Shown: positions 8,804-18,662 of the stretch, one piece after another | Layout of the letters: each line of letters opens with the position of its first letter | Position numbering within the stretch: position 1 is the first letter of the stretch | Assembly: GCA_013152925.1 (NCBI GenBank) | Contig: JAADFK010000101.1 | Coordinates: 2,336 to 66,335, forward strand | DNA: 64,000 bases | Direction of reading: 5' to 3' | From: Acidobacteriota bacterium | GTDB lineage: Bacteria; Acidobacteriota; Thermoanaerobaculia; Thermoanaerobaculales; Sulfomarinibacteraceae | Program-made: the position numbers and the translations under genes | Notes under the pieces: model-generated | What the model was told of the DNA's origin: nothing | Databases searched by the model: none | Seen by the model: the letters and a program-made list of their open reading frames with translations, nothing else

Positions 8804-11536
8804 ATGGTCCGTCGACGAGGTACCGTGGATGTTGCGGGGAGCACATCGCTCCTCGGCGGAATCACGCGCGGCGACCTGCTGGGCTTGATGGACCGGGAGC
8901 AGGCGCAGCGGGCCGGCCGTTTCTACGCCGACCGCTGCGTGGAGAAGATCCTGTGGACGGGGTCGGCGCTGGAGGCCTCCCTGTTGCAGCCGCGCTGTAC
9001 GGTGGTCGTCGAAAACGGTCCCGGCGGCGGGCCGCTCGAGGCCAACTGCTCCCTGTGCGGTCCGGCGCCCCCGCTGTGTGGTCACGTGGGCGTTGTCCTC
9101 ATGCGCTGGATCGACGTGCGCCCGACCATGTTGCGCTCGGGCCCGGGAACCGTGTGGCGCGGGCGCTCCAGGACCCCTTTCATCACCCTCGCCGCCACTT
9201 CCTCGGAGCGCGTCGACCTCAGTCACCTGACGGGATCGGACCTCCGGGCGGCGCTGGAGCTCCAGCTCTCCCTGGACACGAAGCACAGGGCCCGCGCCCG
9301 GATCACGAACGGCCAGGTGGAGATCCGCATCGGGCTCCCCTCCGGCGACGATCGCGTGGTCACCTTCTCGACGGCCGTTCTGCCCCATGCGCTCCCGCTG
9401 CTGCGCTCCCTGGACCGGCTCCGCCTGGACTCCGAGCTCGCGGAGCTGGAGCTTTCCGAGATGCGCCTGCAGCCGACGCTGGTGGCCACGTGGAAGGAGG
9501 ACGCCATTGTCCTGGAACCCGGATACCGGCTGCCGGACGACTCTTTCCTTCCGCTGGAGAGGGCCCGCGAGCGTTCCCACGGGCGCTGGGTTCGTATCGG
9601 CCGCCTCCTCTGCCGGACCCTCGACCCCGACACGCCGCTGCTCCCGTGGTTCCGCGGCGGAGCGCGCCGGCTCACTGGACGCGATGCCCTTCGCTTTCTC
9701 AACCTCGATCATCCGGCCCTGACGCAGAAGAGCTGGTACGTTCCGCGCGGCGCGCTCAAGCGCTACCGGCGGCCCATCACGCCCCGGTTGACGTCCATCA
9801 CGGCGGAGCTCGATCGTTTCGGCAAGGTCATCCTCCACCCGGTGTACACGGCGGCCGAGGTGGAGCTCCAGTGGAACGACGTGGTCTCGCTCCTGGACAC
9901 TGGGTACGCTCGAAGGGGCGAGCACATCCTCCGTGCCCCGGATCTGGCGCCCTTCGAACGCCTGGGCTTCGGACTGGTCACGAGGGGCCGCACCCGGGTG
10001 CTTCGGGGAGACCGGCTGGCCTTCATGCGGCTGGTGGCCGAGTCCGACGTTCCGGTGACGGGCGCGGACACCCAGCTGGCCGATCTCGCCCGGGCGCTCC
10101 GCGGGGACGTCGCCCTGGACCCCGTCCAGCCCCCGGGGCTGCTCTCGGATCTCCGCCCCTACCAGCGGGAGGGGACGGCGTGGTTGTGGCACCGCCACCA
10201 GCTGGGAATCGGCGCCCTCCTGGCCGACGACATGGGCCTCGGCAAGACCCACCAGATCATGGGCCTCCTCTGCCTGATGCAGCTCCGCGATCCTGCCAGC
10301 ACGGCCCTCGTTGTGTGCCCGCGCGGGGTGATGGAGCACTGGGAAGATCTGCTGCACCGCTTCACGCCCCACCTCAAGACCCACGTGTACCACGGGCCGG
10401 GCCGTTCCCTGGCCGAGCTCCGTCCCTCCACCGCCATCGTTCTGACGACCTACGACATCATGGTGCGCTCCGCGGACGAGCTCCAGGAACGGGAGTGGAC
10501 GGTGGCCGTCTTCGACGAGGCCCAGCGCATCAAGAACCCCAGGACCAAGGCCGCCCGCGCCGCCCGACGCATCCCGGCGGTGCACCGGATCGCCCTTTCC
10601 GGGACCCCCCTGGAGAACCGTCTCCTGGAGCTCTGGTCGGTCATCGACCTGATCGCGCCCGGTTACCTGGGCTCGGAGCGTCAGTTCCGCCAGACCTACC
10701 GGCACCCGACGCAGGACCAGCTCCTCCGCCTCCGCAAACGCCTGGCCGTCCTGACGCTTCGGCGGGTCAAGGAGCAGGTCCTTTCCGAGCTCCCGGACAA
10801 GGTGGAGGACCGGCGGTTCTGCCAGCTGAGCGGCGTCCAGCGCCAGCTGTACGAGGACATCTGCCGCACTCAGGTCTCCCCCCTGGTGGAGCGACTCCGC
10901 GATCCGGGGACGGAGGTGCCGTACATCCATATCTTCGCCCTCCTGACCCGGCTCAAACAGGTCTGCGATCACCCCTCCCTGGTGCTCGAGAGCCCGGCTC
11001 CAGAGCTTCCCTCGGGCAAGCTGCTGGTCTTCGAGGAGATCCTGGATGAGGCCCTCGCGAGCGGCCAGCAGGTGGTCGTCTTCTCCCAGTACGTCACCAT
11101 GATCAAGCTGCTCTCCTGGTACCTGGAACGCCGCAAGATCCGCCATCTTCAGCTGACCGGATCCACCCGGGACCGCGGCCGGATCATCCGGCGATTCAAC
11201 GCCGGCCAGCACGAGCAGGTGCTCCTGGCCAGCTTGCTGGCCGGAGGCGTGGGGGTCGACCTGACCGGCGCCTCCGTGGTCATCCACTACGACCGCTGGT
11301 GGAATCCGGCCAAGGAGAACCAGGCGACGGACCGGGTTCACCGCATCGGCCAGAAGCGCTTCGTCCAGGTGGTCAAGCTGATCACGCGCAACACCATCGA
11401 GGAACGGATCGATGCCATCATCGACCGCAAGATCGACCTGATGGAGCGGGTTGTCGCCCCGACGGAGGATGTGATTCGCGGCCTCGACCGCAACGAGCTG
11501 GCCGACCTTCTCAGGGTGGAGGTCCCCTCGCCCTGA
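8804..11536 (+). CDS. SNF2-family helicase with N-terminal SWIM zinc finger
   Basis: SWIM CxCxnCxH (CSLCGPAPPLCGHVG). SNF2_N motifs LRPYQREGTAWL, DDMGLGKT, DEAQRIKN. Helicase_C motifs (LLAGGVGVDLTGASVVIHYDRWWNPAKENQATDRVHRIGQ). Confidence 0.9.
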   Translation: MVRRRGTVDVAGSTSLLGGITRGDLLGLMDREQAQRAGRFYADRCVEKILWTGSALEASLLQPRCTVVVENGPGGGPLEANCSLCGPAPPLCGHVGVVLMRWIDVRPTMLRSGPGTVWRGRSRTPFITLAATSSERVDLSHLTGSDLRAALELQLSLDTKHRARARITNGQVEIRIGLPSGDDRVVTFSTAVLPHALPLLRSLDRLRLDSELAELELSEMRLQPTLVATWKEDAIVLEPGYRLPDDSFLPLERARERSHGRWVRIGRLLCRTLDPDTPLLPWFRGGARRLTGRDALRFLNLDHPALTQKSWYVPRGALKRYRRPITPRLTSITAELDRFGKVILHPVYTAAEVELQWNDVVSLLDTGYARRGEHILRAPDLAPFERLGFGLVTRGRTRVLRGDRLAFMRLVAESDVPVTGADTQLADLARALRGDVALDPVQPPGLLSDLRPYQREGTAWLWHRHQLGIGALLADDMGLGKTHQIMGLLCLMQLRDPASTALVVCPRGVMEHWEDLLHRFTPHLKTHVYHGPGRSLAELRPSTAIVLTTYDIMVRSADELQEREWTVAVFDEAQRIKNPRTKAARAARRIPAVHRIALSGTPLENRLLELWSVIDLIAPGYLGSERQFRQTYRHPTQDQLLRLRKRLAVLTLRRVKEQVLSELPDKVEDRRFCQLSGVQRQLYEDICRTQVSPLVERLRDPGTEVPYIHIFALLTRLKQVCDHPSLVLESPAPELPSGKLLVFEEILDEALASGQQVVVFSQYVTMIKLLSWYLERRKIRHLQLTGSTRDRGRIIRRFNAGQHEQVLLASLLAGGVGVDLTGASVVIHYDRWWNPAKENQATDRVHRIGQKRFVQVVKLITRNTIEERIDAIIDRKIDLMERVVAPTEDVIRGLDRNELADLLRVEVPSP

Positions 11537-11563
11537 GCTGGACATACGGTGTAGACTTGAGCC

Positions 11564-12124
11564 ATGGAGCCGCAGGTTCTGGAGTCCCTGGAGTTGGCGG
11601 GCGTCACCCTCGAGGCGGTTCTCGGTGACCTGACCGAGGAGCCGGTGGACGCCATCGTCAACGCCGCCAACACGCATCTTGCTCACGGTGGCGGGCTGGC
11701 CGGTGCCATCGTCCGCCGCGGTGGCCGCTCCATCCAGGAGGAGTCGGACCGCGTGGCACCGGTTCCGGTTGGTGGAGCCGCCGTCACTGGTGCCGGGTCG
11801 CTCCCGGCGCGCTGGGTGATCCACGCCGTGGGCCCCCGCTGGGGAGAGGGCGACGAGGAGTCCAAGCTCCGGTCGGCCGTTGCCAGCTCGCTGGACCGCG
11901 CCGCCGAGCTCGGGGCGCGGTCCGTGGCGCTCCCGGCGATTTCCACCGGAATCTTCGGGTATCCCAAGGCCGAGGGCACCCGTGTCATCGCCGACCAGGT
12001 GATCCGGTGGCTCTGCGCCCATCCTCGCTCGAGCCTCGGGCGGATCCGCCTGACCGCCTTCGACCGGCCGACGGCGGAGCTCTTCGCCCGCGCCCTGGCC
12101 GGTGCAAGATCCCACCGTTGCTGA
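11564..12124 (+). CDS. macro-domain protein (MacroD/YmdB-type ADP-ribose or O-acetyl-ADP-ribose hydrolase)
   Basis: [22 protein letters not shown]...VIHAVGP...[13 protein letters not shown] are the canonical macro-domain catalytic blocks. Lies 27 nt downstream of the SNF2 gene. Confidence 0.85.
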   Translation: MEPQVLESLELAGVTLEAVLGDLTEEPVDAIVNAANTHLAHGGGLAGAIVRRGGRSIQEESDRVAPVPVGGAAVTGAGSLPARWVIHAVGPRWGEGDEESKLRSAVASSLDRAAELGARSVALPAISTGIFGYPKAEGTRVIADQVIRWLCAHPRSSLGRIRLTAFDRPTAELFARALAGARSHRC

Positions 12125-12149
12125 CATTATCGTCACCTTGTGGTATAAT
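12121..12149 (+). promoter_or_regulatory. near-consensus sigma-70 promoter for pepA
   Basis: CTGACA (12121-12126), 17-nt spacer, TGg-TATAAT (extended -10, hexamer 12144-12149). AGGAGGGAGG RBS at about 12167-12176, then ATG at 12190. Confidence 0.55.
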
Positions 12150-12189
12150 GCGACGCTGACGTGCATAGGAGGGAGGAAAAGATCACCAG

Positions 12190-13680
12190 ATGGCTGATCT
12201 TTACCAATACCGCGAAACCCCGGAAGAACCACTCGATTGTCTGTACATCCTTCAGGGCACCGGCGTCGACTCGGTCGGGCGCATGGAGCTGGGTCCCAAG
12301 GATCGCAGGGCACTCAAGGCCAAGGCCAGGGCGCTGTCGCCTCGGGGCGCCGAGGGAGAGGTCATCTCCGGCGAATGCCCGTTGCAGATGGCGCACCGCG
12401 TCACCTTCGTGGGCCTGGGCGATGAGAAGGAGCTGACCCACGCCAAGCTCCGGAAGGCGCTGCGCCGGGTGGTTCGCCAGGCCACCCGGAACCACGAGTA
12501 CCAGATCGGGCTGGCCGTTCCTGTCAAGATCCGCGGCCTGTCGGACGCGGAGTCCCGCGTGTTCGCCCTGCTGGAGGCCGCGCTGGCGGACTACACCTTC
12601 GATCATTTCAAGTCGAAGAAGAACGAGTTCGACAAGATTGACGGCCTCCACATCGTCCCCATGGCCGGCGAGACCGAAGAAGAGCTCGGGGAGCGGCTGC
12701 AGCGCATCCGCCTCTACGCCAACTCCGTCCGCCTGGCACGGGACCTGGGGAACCGGCCGGGGAACGACCTGACTCCGGAAGCGCTTGCGTCCATGGCTCG
12801 CGAGGTCTGCGGGGAAGGCTCGGGCATCCGCGTGACGATCCTCGGGCCCAAGGAGCTGGCCAAGGAGAAGATGGGCGGCATCCTGGCGGTCAGTCAGGGC
12901 TCCGACGAGGAACCGCGGCTCATCGTCCTTGAACACCGCCCGAAGAAACCCAAGAAGTCCATCGTCCTCGTTGGCAAGGGCGTCACCTTTGACGCCGGCG
13001 GTATCTCGCTCAAGCCGGCCAAGGACATGGGCTGGATGAAGTACGACATGTGCGGCGCCGCCACGGTGCTGGCCGTTCTCAACGCGGTGGCCCAGCTGGA
13101 GCTACCCTTCAAGGTCGTCGGTCTGATTCCGGCGGCGGAGAACCTGCCGTCGGGCGGGGCGCTCAAGCCCGGGGACATCATCTCCATGGCCAACGGCAAG
13201 ACCGTCGAGGTGGACAACACCGATGCCGAGGGCCGGCTGCTGCTGGCCGATGCCCTGGTGTACGCGGAGCGTTTTCATCCCGACTTCATCATCGACTACG
13301 CGACGTTGACAGGCGCCTGCGTCGTGGCCCTGGGCCACGAGGCCGCCGGCATCATGGGAAACGACCGCGAGTTTCTGGACACCCTGGTGCGGATGGGCGA
13401 TGAGGTGGGCGAGCGCGTCTGGCCCCTGCCCCTCTACGAGGAGTACTTCTCCTACCTCAAGAGCGACTGGGCCGACATGAAGAACGCCGGTTCCCGGTGG
13501 GGCGGTCCGGTGACGGCGGGCTCTTTCCTGGAGCAGTTCGCACCTGCCAAGGCCTCATGGACCCACATGGATATCGCCGGCGTGGCCTACTCGGAGCGCG
13601 AACGGTCAGGCCTGCCGGTCGGCGCCAGCGGTTTTGGAGTCGTTCTCACCCTCTCCTGGCTGGAGAGTCTCCGAAAGTAG
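12190..13680 (+). CDS. pepA: leucyl aminopeptidase (M17)
   Basis: NTDAEGRLLLADAL signature, VGKGVTFDAGGISLKP, and the typical 496-aa length. Confidence 0.95.
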   Translation: MADLYQYRETPEEPLDCLYILQGTGVDSVGRMELGPKDRRALKAKARALSPRGAEGEVISGECPLQMAHRVTFVGLGDEKELTHAKLRKALRRVVRQATRNHEYQIGLAVPVKIRGLSDAESRVFALLEAALADYTFDHFKSKKNEFDKIDGLHIVPMAGETEEELGERLQRIRLYANSVRLARDLGNRPGNDLTPEALASMAREVCGEGSGIRVTILGPKELAKEKMGGILAVSQGSDEEPRLIVLEHRPKKPKKSIVLVGKGVTFDAGGISLKPAKDMGWMKYDMCGAATVLAVLNAVAQLELPFKVVGLIPAAENLPSGGALKPGDIISMANGKTVEVDNTDAEGRLLLADALVYAERFHPDFIIDYATLTGACVVALGHEAAGIMGNDREFLDTLVRMGDEVGERVWPLPLYEEYFSYLKSDWADMKNAGSRWGGPVTAGSFLEQFAPAKASWTHMDIAGVAYSERERSGLPVGASGFGVVLTLSWLESLRK

Positions 13681-13759
13681 GGGTCTCTCCTCCCGCCCGG
13701 CTTCCGGGCCGCGGCGCGGGGAGAGAAGTTGTGACTCGACGGTCATCGGGAGGTCCGGC

Positions 13760-14587
13760 ATGCGGTTCAAACGTGTCCTGCACGTCTTCCGAAACACCCC
13801 GCAGGGGCGTGAGACCTTGCTCGGTGCTGCGGAGCTTTGCCACGCCACGAGGTCCCAGCTTCACGTCTACCTCCCCGAGGAGCCGCGCTTCACGCTCCAG
13901 CTCGATGCCGACCTGATCGAGGTCCCACTGGATCGCTCATACACCCTCGACCCGGAGACGGCCCGCCGTCATGCCGAGGAGACCCTGGAAACGACCGGCG
14001 TGACCGCTCACTGGGTGGAGCCGTCCCACCGGCTGGCCTCCACCATGCCGGTGATCCAGGGACGGTTCCACGTGATGAGCTGCCCACGTTCCCTGAGCAC
14101 CCCGGCGCCCTCGCCCCTCCCCGTGACGCTGGGGAGCCGCGTCCGCCGGCTGGTTCGGAGCGCACCGTTTCCACTGTTGATCCCCACGGCGCCAAACCTG
14201 GTCTGGAGCAGGGTGACCGCCTTCTTCGCGGGCTCCAAGCACGCCCTGCGAGCGCTTCTTTGGGCCCGGGACATTGCTTCCAACGCCGGTGTTCCACTGG
14301 AGATCCTCACCCACGCCGAGCGGGGGGCCGTCCGCCAGGCGGAACGGGCCCTCAAGGAGTCCGGCCTCGAAGAATCGCTGGGGCCACACTGGCGTGTCCT
14401 CGAGGCGCCGGCCTTCACCTCCCTGCTCTGGGAGGTCCCAAGGGAGAGCCTGGTGGTGGCGGGAGCTTTCGGGCGCTCCGGTGTCAAGGCACAGTTTCTC
14501 GGGTCGCGGACGGAAGCCATGCTGGCCCACCTGCCGAACCCGCTCTTTCTCGTCGGACCCGCGGCGCCCGCCCCAGAGGAGAGCTGA
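13760..14587 (+). CDS. hypothetical protein, degenerate tandem universal-stress-protein-like fold
   Basis: Start trimmed to the ATG at 13760 (GGGAGG 6 nt upstream). MRFKRVLHVF... and a second half ending GAFGRSGVKAQFLGSRTEAMLAHLPNPLFLV resemble USP halves, without the ATP-binding G-2x-G-9x-G(S/T). Confidence 0.55.
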   Translation: MRFKRVLHVFRNTPQGRETLLGAAELCHATRSQLHVYLPEEPRFTLQLDADLIEVPLDRSYTLDPETARRHAEETLETTGVTAHWVEPSHRLASTMPVIQGRFHVMSCPRSLSTPAPSPLPVTLGSRVRRLVRSAPFPLLIPTAPNLVWSRVTAFFAGSKHALRALLWARDIASNAGVPLEILTHAERGAVRQAERALKESGLEESLGPHWRVLEAPAFTSLLWEVPRESLVVAGAFGRSGVKAQFLGSRTEAMLAHLPNPLFLVGPAAPAPEES

Positions 14588-14824
14588 CACAGACAAGGCT
14601 GGCGCGTGAGAGATCGGCCGTCGGCGTCTGGGAATCGATCCCGGCGCGGCCGCACCCGCCGGACAGCGCCAACGCCAAGGAACCGCCGTCCCACCACCAC
14701 CCCATCCTCTCTCGTCCAGCCCCTGAGCTCCACCCTCTCTCTTGCCTCCTCCCTCCCCACCCCTCGCCCCCTTCGCCATGCCCGCTTTGGGCGCGGCGCG
14801 GATCGCGATACAATTGGTTCGAGG

Positions 14825-17800
14825 ATGTTTCAATCTCATTCGAAACCGGCTGTGTTGGTGCTGGCGGCCCTATCGCTGGCATCGCTCGCCCAAGCCCAGT
14901 GGATGCCCTGCCGTCACTTTGGCGTTCGCGAGGGACTTGCCCAGTCCCAGGTCACGGATCTTACCCAGGACGCCAACGGCTACCTCTGGATCGCGACGCA
15001 GGGCGGGGTCTCACGTTTCGACGGCATCCGGTTCATCCTCTACACGACCGCGCAGGGTCTGCCGGACAACGTGGTGACCTCCATTGCCGTGAGAGAGGAT
15101 GCGATGTGGGTGGGAACGGACCTCGGCCTCCTGGCAGTGTGGGATGGCACGACCTTCACACCACTGGGCGGGCCCGTTCCGGGGCGCCGGATTCCCATCC
15201 GGTCCATCGCCATCCGTCACGAGGGGGGTCTCCTGGTGGCCACGGAGGAAGGTCTGTTCGAGGGCCGGCCAGGGTCGTTCAAGAGGATCCTCGAGGAATC
15301 CGTCGGCCGGCTTCGTACCCTGGACGATGGAAGCATCTGGGCACTTGGACGGCACGTCTACCGCATTCCGAAGACCGGGTCTCCAGAGCGTCTCGAATTC
15401 CCGAAGCTTCCCGGACGAGCGGTGGGCGTGGTCCATGACGGCGCCACGACGTGGATCGCCTGGGACGCGGGCGGCCTCGTCCGCCAAACGCCCGCTGGCC
15501 TGCGGATCGAGCACCCGCGGCTCAAGGGCAAGGTCACGGACCTGGCTCTCGATCCCCAGGGTGGCCTGCTGATCGGCACCGATCACGGCGTGTGGCGGAG
15601 GAAACCGGGCGGCGAGCTCCTGAAGATCCCACTGACACTCCAGCCGCAGCGGATTCACGTCCGGCGTCTCTTCGTCGATCGGGAATCCAACCTCTGGGTG
15701 GGCACTTTCGGTGAGGGCCTGATCCAGCGGCCCCCTTCCCCATTCACACAGTTCAGCCTGGAGACCGGCCTTCCCGCTTCCATCGTGTGGAGCTTCAGTG
15801 AGGGCCCAGGAGGCTGCATCTGGATGGGAACGGGTGGCGCCGGCGTGGTCTCCTGGTGCCGGGATCACTGGGGACCGGTGATCGATGCCAGAAACGGTCT
15901 GCCTTCGGAGGCGGTGTTGACCCTCGGAAAAGATGACGCCGGGAGGCTATGGATCGGTACGCGGGAGGGCCTCTGCCGCTACGACAAGGGGAGATGCTCC
16001 GTCTGGACGTCGAGGAACGGATTGCCCAGCGACGATATCCGGGGCATCGCCGCCGACGGCCACGGTGGAGTCTGGGTGGCGACGGCCGGAGGCCTTGCCC
16101 ACTGGAACGGCACGGCATGGAAGTCCTACACGAACCCGGCCGGCCTGCGGGCACCGCTCCTGCGTTCCGTCGTGGTCGACACCCGGGGGACGGTCTGGGC
16201 CTCGGTTCACGGCAACGGGATCATCAGCTTCGATGGGCACCGGTTCACGCATCTCGGGCTTGACGCCGGGCTCCCGACACTCCGGATCTGGAGCCTCATG
16301 GCCGGTCCCGGCGGCGGCATCTGGGCCAGCACCGACGAGGGAATCTGGATTCGCTCTCCGGACGGGGCAACCTCCCGCGTCGTGGTCGAGGGCTTGCCCA
16401 GCCCCATCGTCGTCTTCCTCGTACGGGACGAGGAGGGCTTCGTGTGGGCCGGAACAACTCGCGGCGTTGCACGGCTCGCCCCGGACGGGAAGGTCGTTCA
16501 GCGTTTCACCGCGGAGGACGGCCTCACCGACAGCGAGGCCGCCGAAGGGGCCGCCTTCCTGGACAGCCTCGGCCAGCTATGGCTGGGGATGGCCTACGGC
16601 GTCACACGGGTCGACACCCGCTTGTTGCTGCGGAATACCGCTCCCCCGGTCGTTGTCCTCGAACGGTTCCAGGTGGATGGATCGACGCCGGCCGGGTTCC
16701 GCCCGCTCTCCTCGACTAGGTCCGAAAACGCTCCCGTGTGGACCCTCGGACCGGGGCCGGTCGATCTACGCTTCGACTTCAGCGCTCCCAGCCTGCTGGC
16801 CCCATCGGAAGTGCGCTACCGCTACTTTCTCGAGGGCTTCGATCCGGCGCCCACCGAGCCGGTGGCCGAGACCTATGTGACGTACCACCGGGTGCCTGCA
16901 GGGCGCTACCGCTTCGTTCTGGAAGCCTCGAACAATGACGGTGTGTGGTCCGAGAAGCCGTTGGAGCTTCGCCTGGTGGTCCTGCCGCCATGGTACGCGA
17001 GCCTCTGGTTCCGGGCACTTGGCGCGCTGCTGGTGGCCGGTCTGATCTTCCTCGCCATCCGGGTACGCTTTGAAGCCCAGGAGCGGCGGCGGCGCGCTCT
17101 CGAGGAGGAGGTCCGGCAGCGAACCGCAGAGCTGGCGGAGGCCAATCACCGAATCCAGGAGCAAAACCGCCTTCTCAAGGAGCTGAGCCGAACCGATCCC
17201 CTGACGGGCCTTGGCAACCGCCGGGTGCTCGCCGAGCACCTGCCCATGGAGCTGGCGGTGCTCCGGCGTGAGATCGTCCGAAATGGAACGCCAACCCTCG
17301 ACGCCTACCACGGCGCCATGTTGTCCATCATCGATCTGGACCACTTCAAGCGCGTCAATGACCGCTGGGGTCATGAGCTTGGAGACCGGGCGTTGCGAGC
17401 CGTCGCTGATACACTCAGCCCCGTTCTCCGGGAGGGCGACACGGCGGTACGCTGGGGAGGCGAGGAGTTCGTCATCCTGAGCCGCGGGGTGGACACACCC
17501 GGCGCCATCCGCCTGGCCCGCCGTCTCCTGGAATACCTCGGCGCCGCTTCCATCGAGGCCCCCGACGGCACAGCCATTCGGCTCGTGGGCTCCGTGGGCT
17601 TCCTGCAACTGCCGTTGGGGACCGGGGCCTTCGTCGAACGAACCCTGTGGGCCAGCTTCGTCGATGCCGCCGATCGTCTCCTTTACGAGGCCAAGGCCCG
17701 CGGCAGGTTCCGCGCGTGCGGCGCCGTGTGGCGATACGGAGCCACGGGGCCCGTCCCCGAGCGGGAGGTTCTCCCGGAGCTCCTCGAGCGACCTTCCGCG

Positions 17801-17872
17801 CCACCGGCCCCGCTTCGCTTCATCGAGATCCTGCCCGAGGAAGGGTCGAACGGCAAGAACCAGTCCGGGTAG
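14825..17872 (+). CDS. periplasmic beta-propeller (Reg_prop/Y_Y_Y-type) sensor diguanylate cyclase
   Basis: Signal peptide MFQSHSKPAVLVLAALSLASLAQA. Many repeats of the GxLWIGTxxGL type. One TM segment (LWFRALGALLVAGLIFLAI), a coiled coil, then a GGDEF domain with RWGGEEFVIL. Start trimmed from 14606. Confidence 0.9.
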   Translation: MFQSHSKPAVLVLAALSLASLAQAQWMPCRHFGVREGLAQSQVTDLTQDANGYLWIATQGGVSRFDGIRFILYTTAQGLPDNVVTSIAVREDAMWVGTDLGLLAVWDGTTFTPLGGPVPGRRIPIRSIAIRHEGGLLVATEEGLFEGRPGSFKRILEESVGRLRTLDDGSIWALGRHVYRIPKTGSPERLEFPKLPGRAVGVVHDGATTWIAWDAGGLVRQTPAGLRIEHPRLKGKVTDLALDPQGGLLIGTDHGVWRRKPGGELLKIPLTLQPQRIHVRRLFVDRESNLWVGTFGEGLIQRPPSPFTQFSLETGLPASIVWSFSEGPGGCIWMGTGGAGVVSWCRDHWGPVIDARNGLPSEAVLTLGKDDAGRLWIGTREGLCRYDKGRCSVWTSRNGLPSDDIRGIAADGHGGVWVATAGGLAHWNGTAWKSYTNPAGLRAPLLRSVVVDTRGTVWASVHGNGIISFDGHRFTHLGLDAGLPTLRIWSLMAGPGGGIWASTDEGIWIRSPDGATSRVVVEGLPSPIVVFLVRDEEGFVWAGTTRGVARLAPDGKVVQRFTAEDGLTDSEAAEGAAFLDSLGQLWLGMAYGVTRVDTRLLLRNTAPPVVVLERFQVDGSTPAGFRPLSSTRSENAPVWTLGPGPVDLRFDFSAPSLLAPSEVRYRYFLEGFDPAPTEPVAETYVTYHRVPAGRYRFVLEASNNDGVWSEKPLELRLVVLPPWYASLWFRALGALLVAGLIFLAIRVRFEAQERRRRALEEEVRQRTAELAEANHRIQEQNRLLKELSRTDPLTGLGNRRVLAEHLPMELAVLRREIVRNGTPTLDAYHGAMLSIIDLDHFKRVNDRWGHELGDRALRAVADTLSPVLREGDTAVRWGGEEFVILSRGVDTPGAIRLARRLLEYLGAASIEAPDGTAIRLVGSVGFLQLPLGTGAFVERTLWASFVDAADRLLYEAKARGRFRACGAVWRYGATGPVPEREVLPELLERPSAPPAPLRFIEILPEEGSNGKNQSG

Positions 17873-18028
17873 GGCGCCTGACCGAGAAAGCCATGGATGC
17901 CGCGCCGGGGCTCCGTCCCGCAGGACTTGAAACGCCACCGGACGCTGCAACCGGCCGGCCAAGAGACCACGCGGGGCCAGCTCCCATCCAGGAACCTGGA
18001 CAGGAACGGGCTCGCCTCCGGCCGGCCC

Positions 18029-18577
18029 TTACAGGGGGGGGAACTCCGCCAGGATCGCCCGGACCGCCCTGCGGAGCTGCTCGTCGCTCCTGAGAAAGCC
18101 GGCACCGGTCCCGGCAGCCGAACCCCACCACACCGGCGTGTCACGCCCCGCGAGCCAGATCGAAACGGTGAGCGAACCCGACCGGCTCATGTTCGACCCC
18201 GACGGTCCGGGTCCGGCGCTCGGGTCAGCCTGCGAGGTTTGGACGTTGCGCCGCGCCGTGTGGAAGCTGGAGAGCCGGAACGAGACGTAGAAATCGGGCT
18301 TCGCCCCCTCCATCCAGGAATAACCCCGCTGGCTCAACTCGGCCTCGAGGATGCGCCGCGTCGTGTCCTCCTGCATCTTGACGGGGTTGCCCTCACCCCG
18401 CTCGGCGCCTCGCAAGGTACCGGGCTTCCACCGCCACGTCGTCAGCGTGTGAAAGTCGATCCCCTCCGCGGATTTCGTCTTGACTTCGAACTGGCTGGAC
18501 GAACCGGTGCTCGTCGTACAGGCCGGCACCACGAGGATCATGGCCGTTGCCAGGATCATGGTCAGCTCTCTGCGCAT
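18029..18577 (-). CDS. DUF4136-type lipoprotein
   Basis: MRRELTMILATAMILVVPAC lipobox, then DFHTLTTWRWKPG...RRILEAELSQRGY, the pattern typical of DUF4136. Start trimmed from the GTG at 18640. Confidence 0.75.
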   Translation of the reverse strand: MRRELTMILATAMILVVPACTTSTGSSSQFEVKTKSAEGIDFHTLTTWRWKPGTLRGAERGEGNPVKMQEDTTRRILEAELSQRGYSWMEGAKPDFYVSFRLSSFHTARRNVQTSQADPSAGPGPSGSNMSRSGSLTVSIWLAGRDTPVWWGSAAGTGAGFLRSDEQLRRAVRAILAEFPPL

Positions 18578-18662
18578 GGCGCTCCTCCCTTTCCGGGAAA
18601 CCCCTTGCATCGCGCGTATCCTGGCTCGATTATCCCCCACCTGCCCCCTCCTGCCAAGCCGG

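Noticed and set aside
8759-12313. 1184-aa ORF on the minus strand, the longest in the track
   Set aside because: It lies exactly antisense to the SWIM-SNF2, macro and pepA-promoter region. Its composition is dominated by Gly/Arg/Pro/Ala/Asp as expected for the opposite strand of GC3-rich genes. It has no recognisable motifs, while the plus-strand genes carry complete helicase and macro motifs.
14606-14824. 73-codon extension of the GGDEF sensor, and the alternate ORF 13837-15438
   Set aside because: Arg/Pro/Ser-rich with no signal peptide. The ATG at 14825 yields a canonical signal peptide. ORF 13837-15438 is an alternate frame of two real genes.
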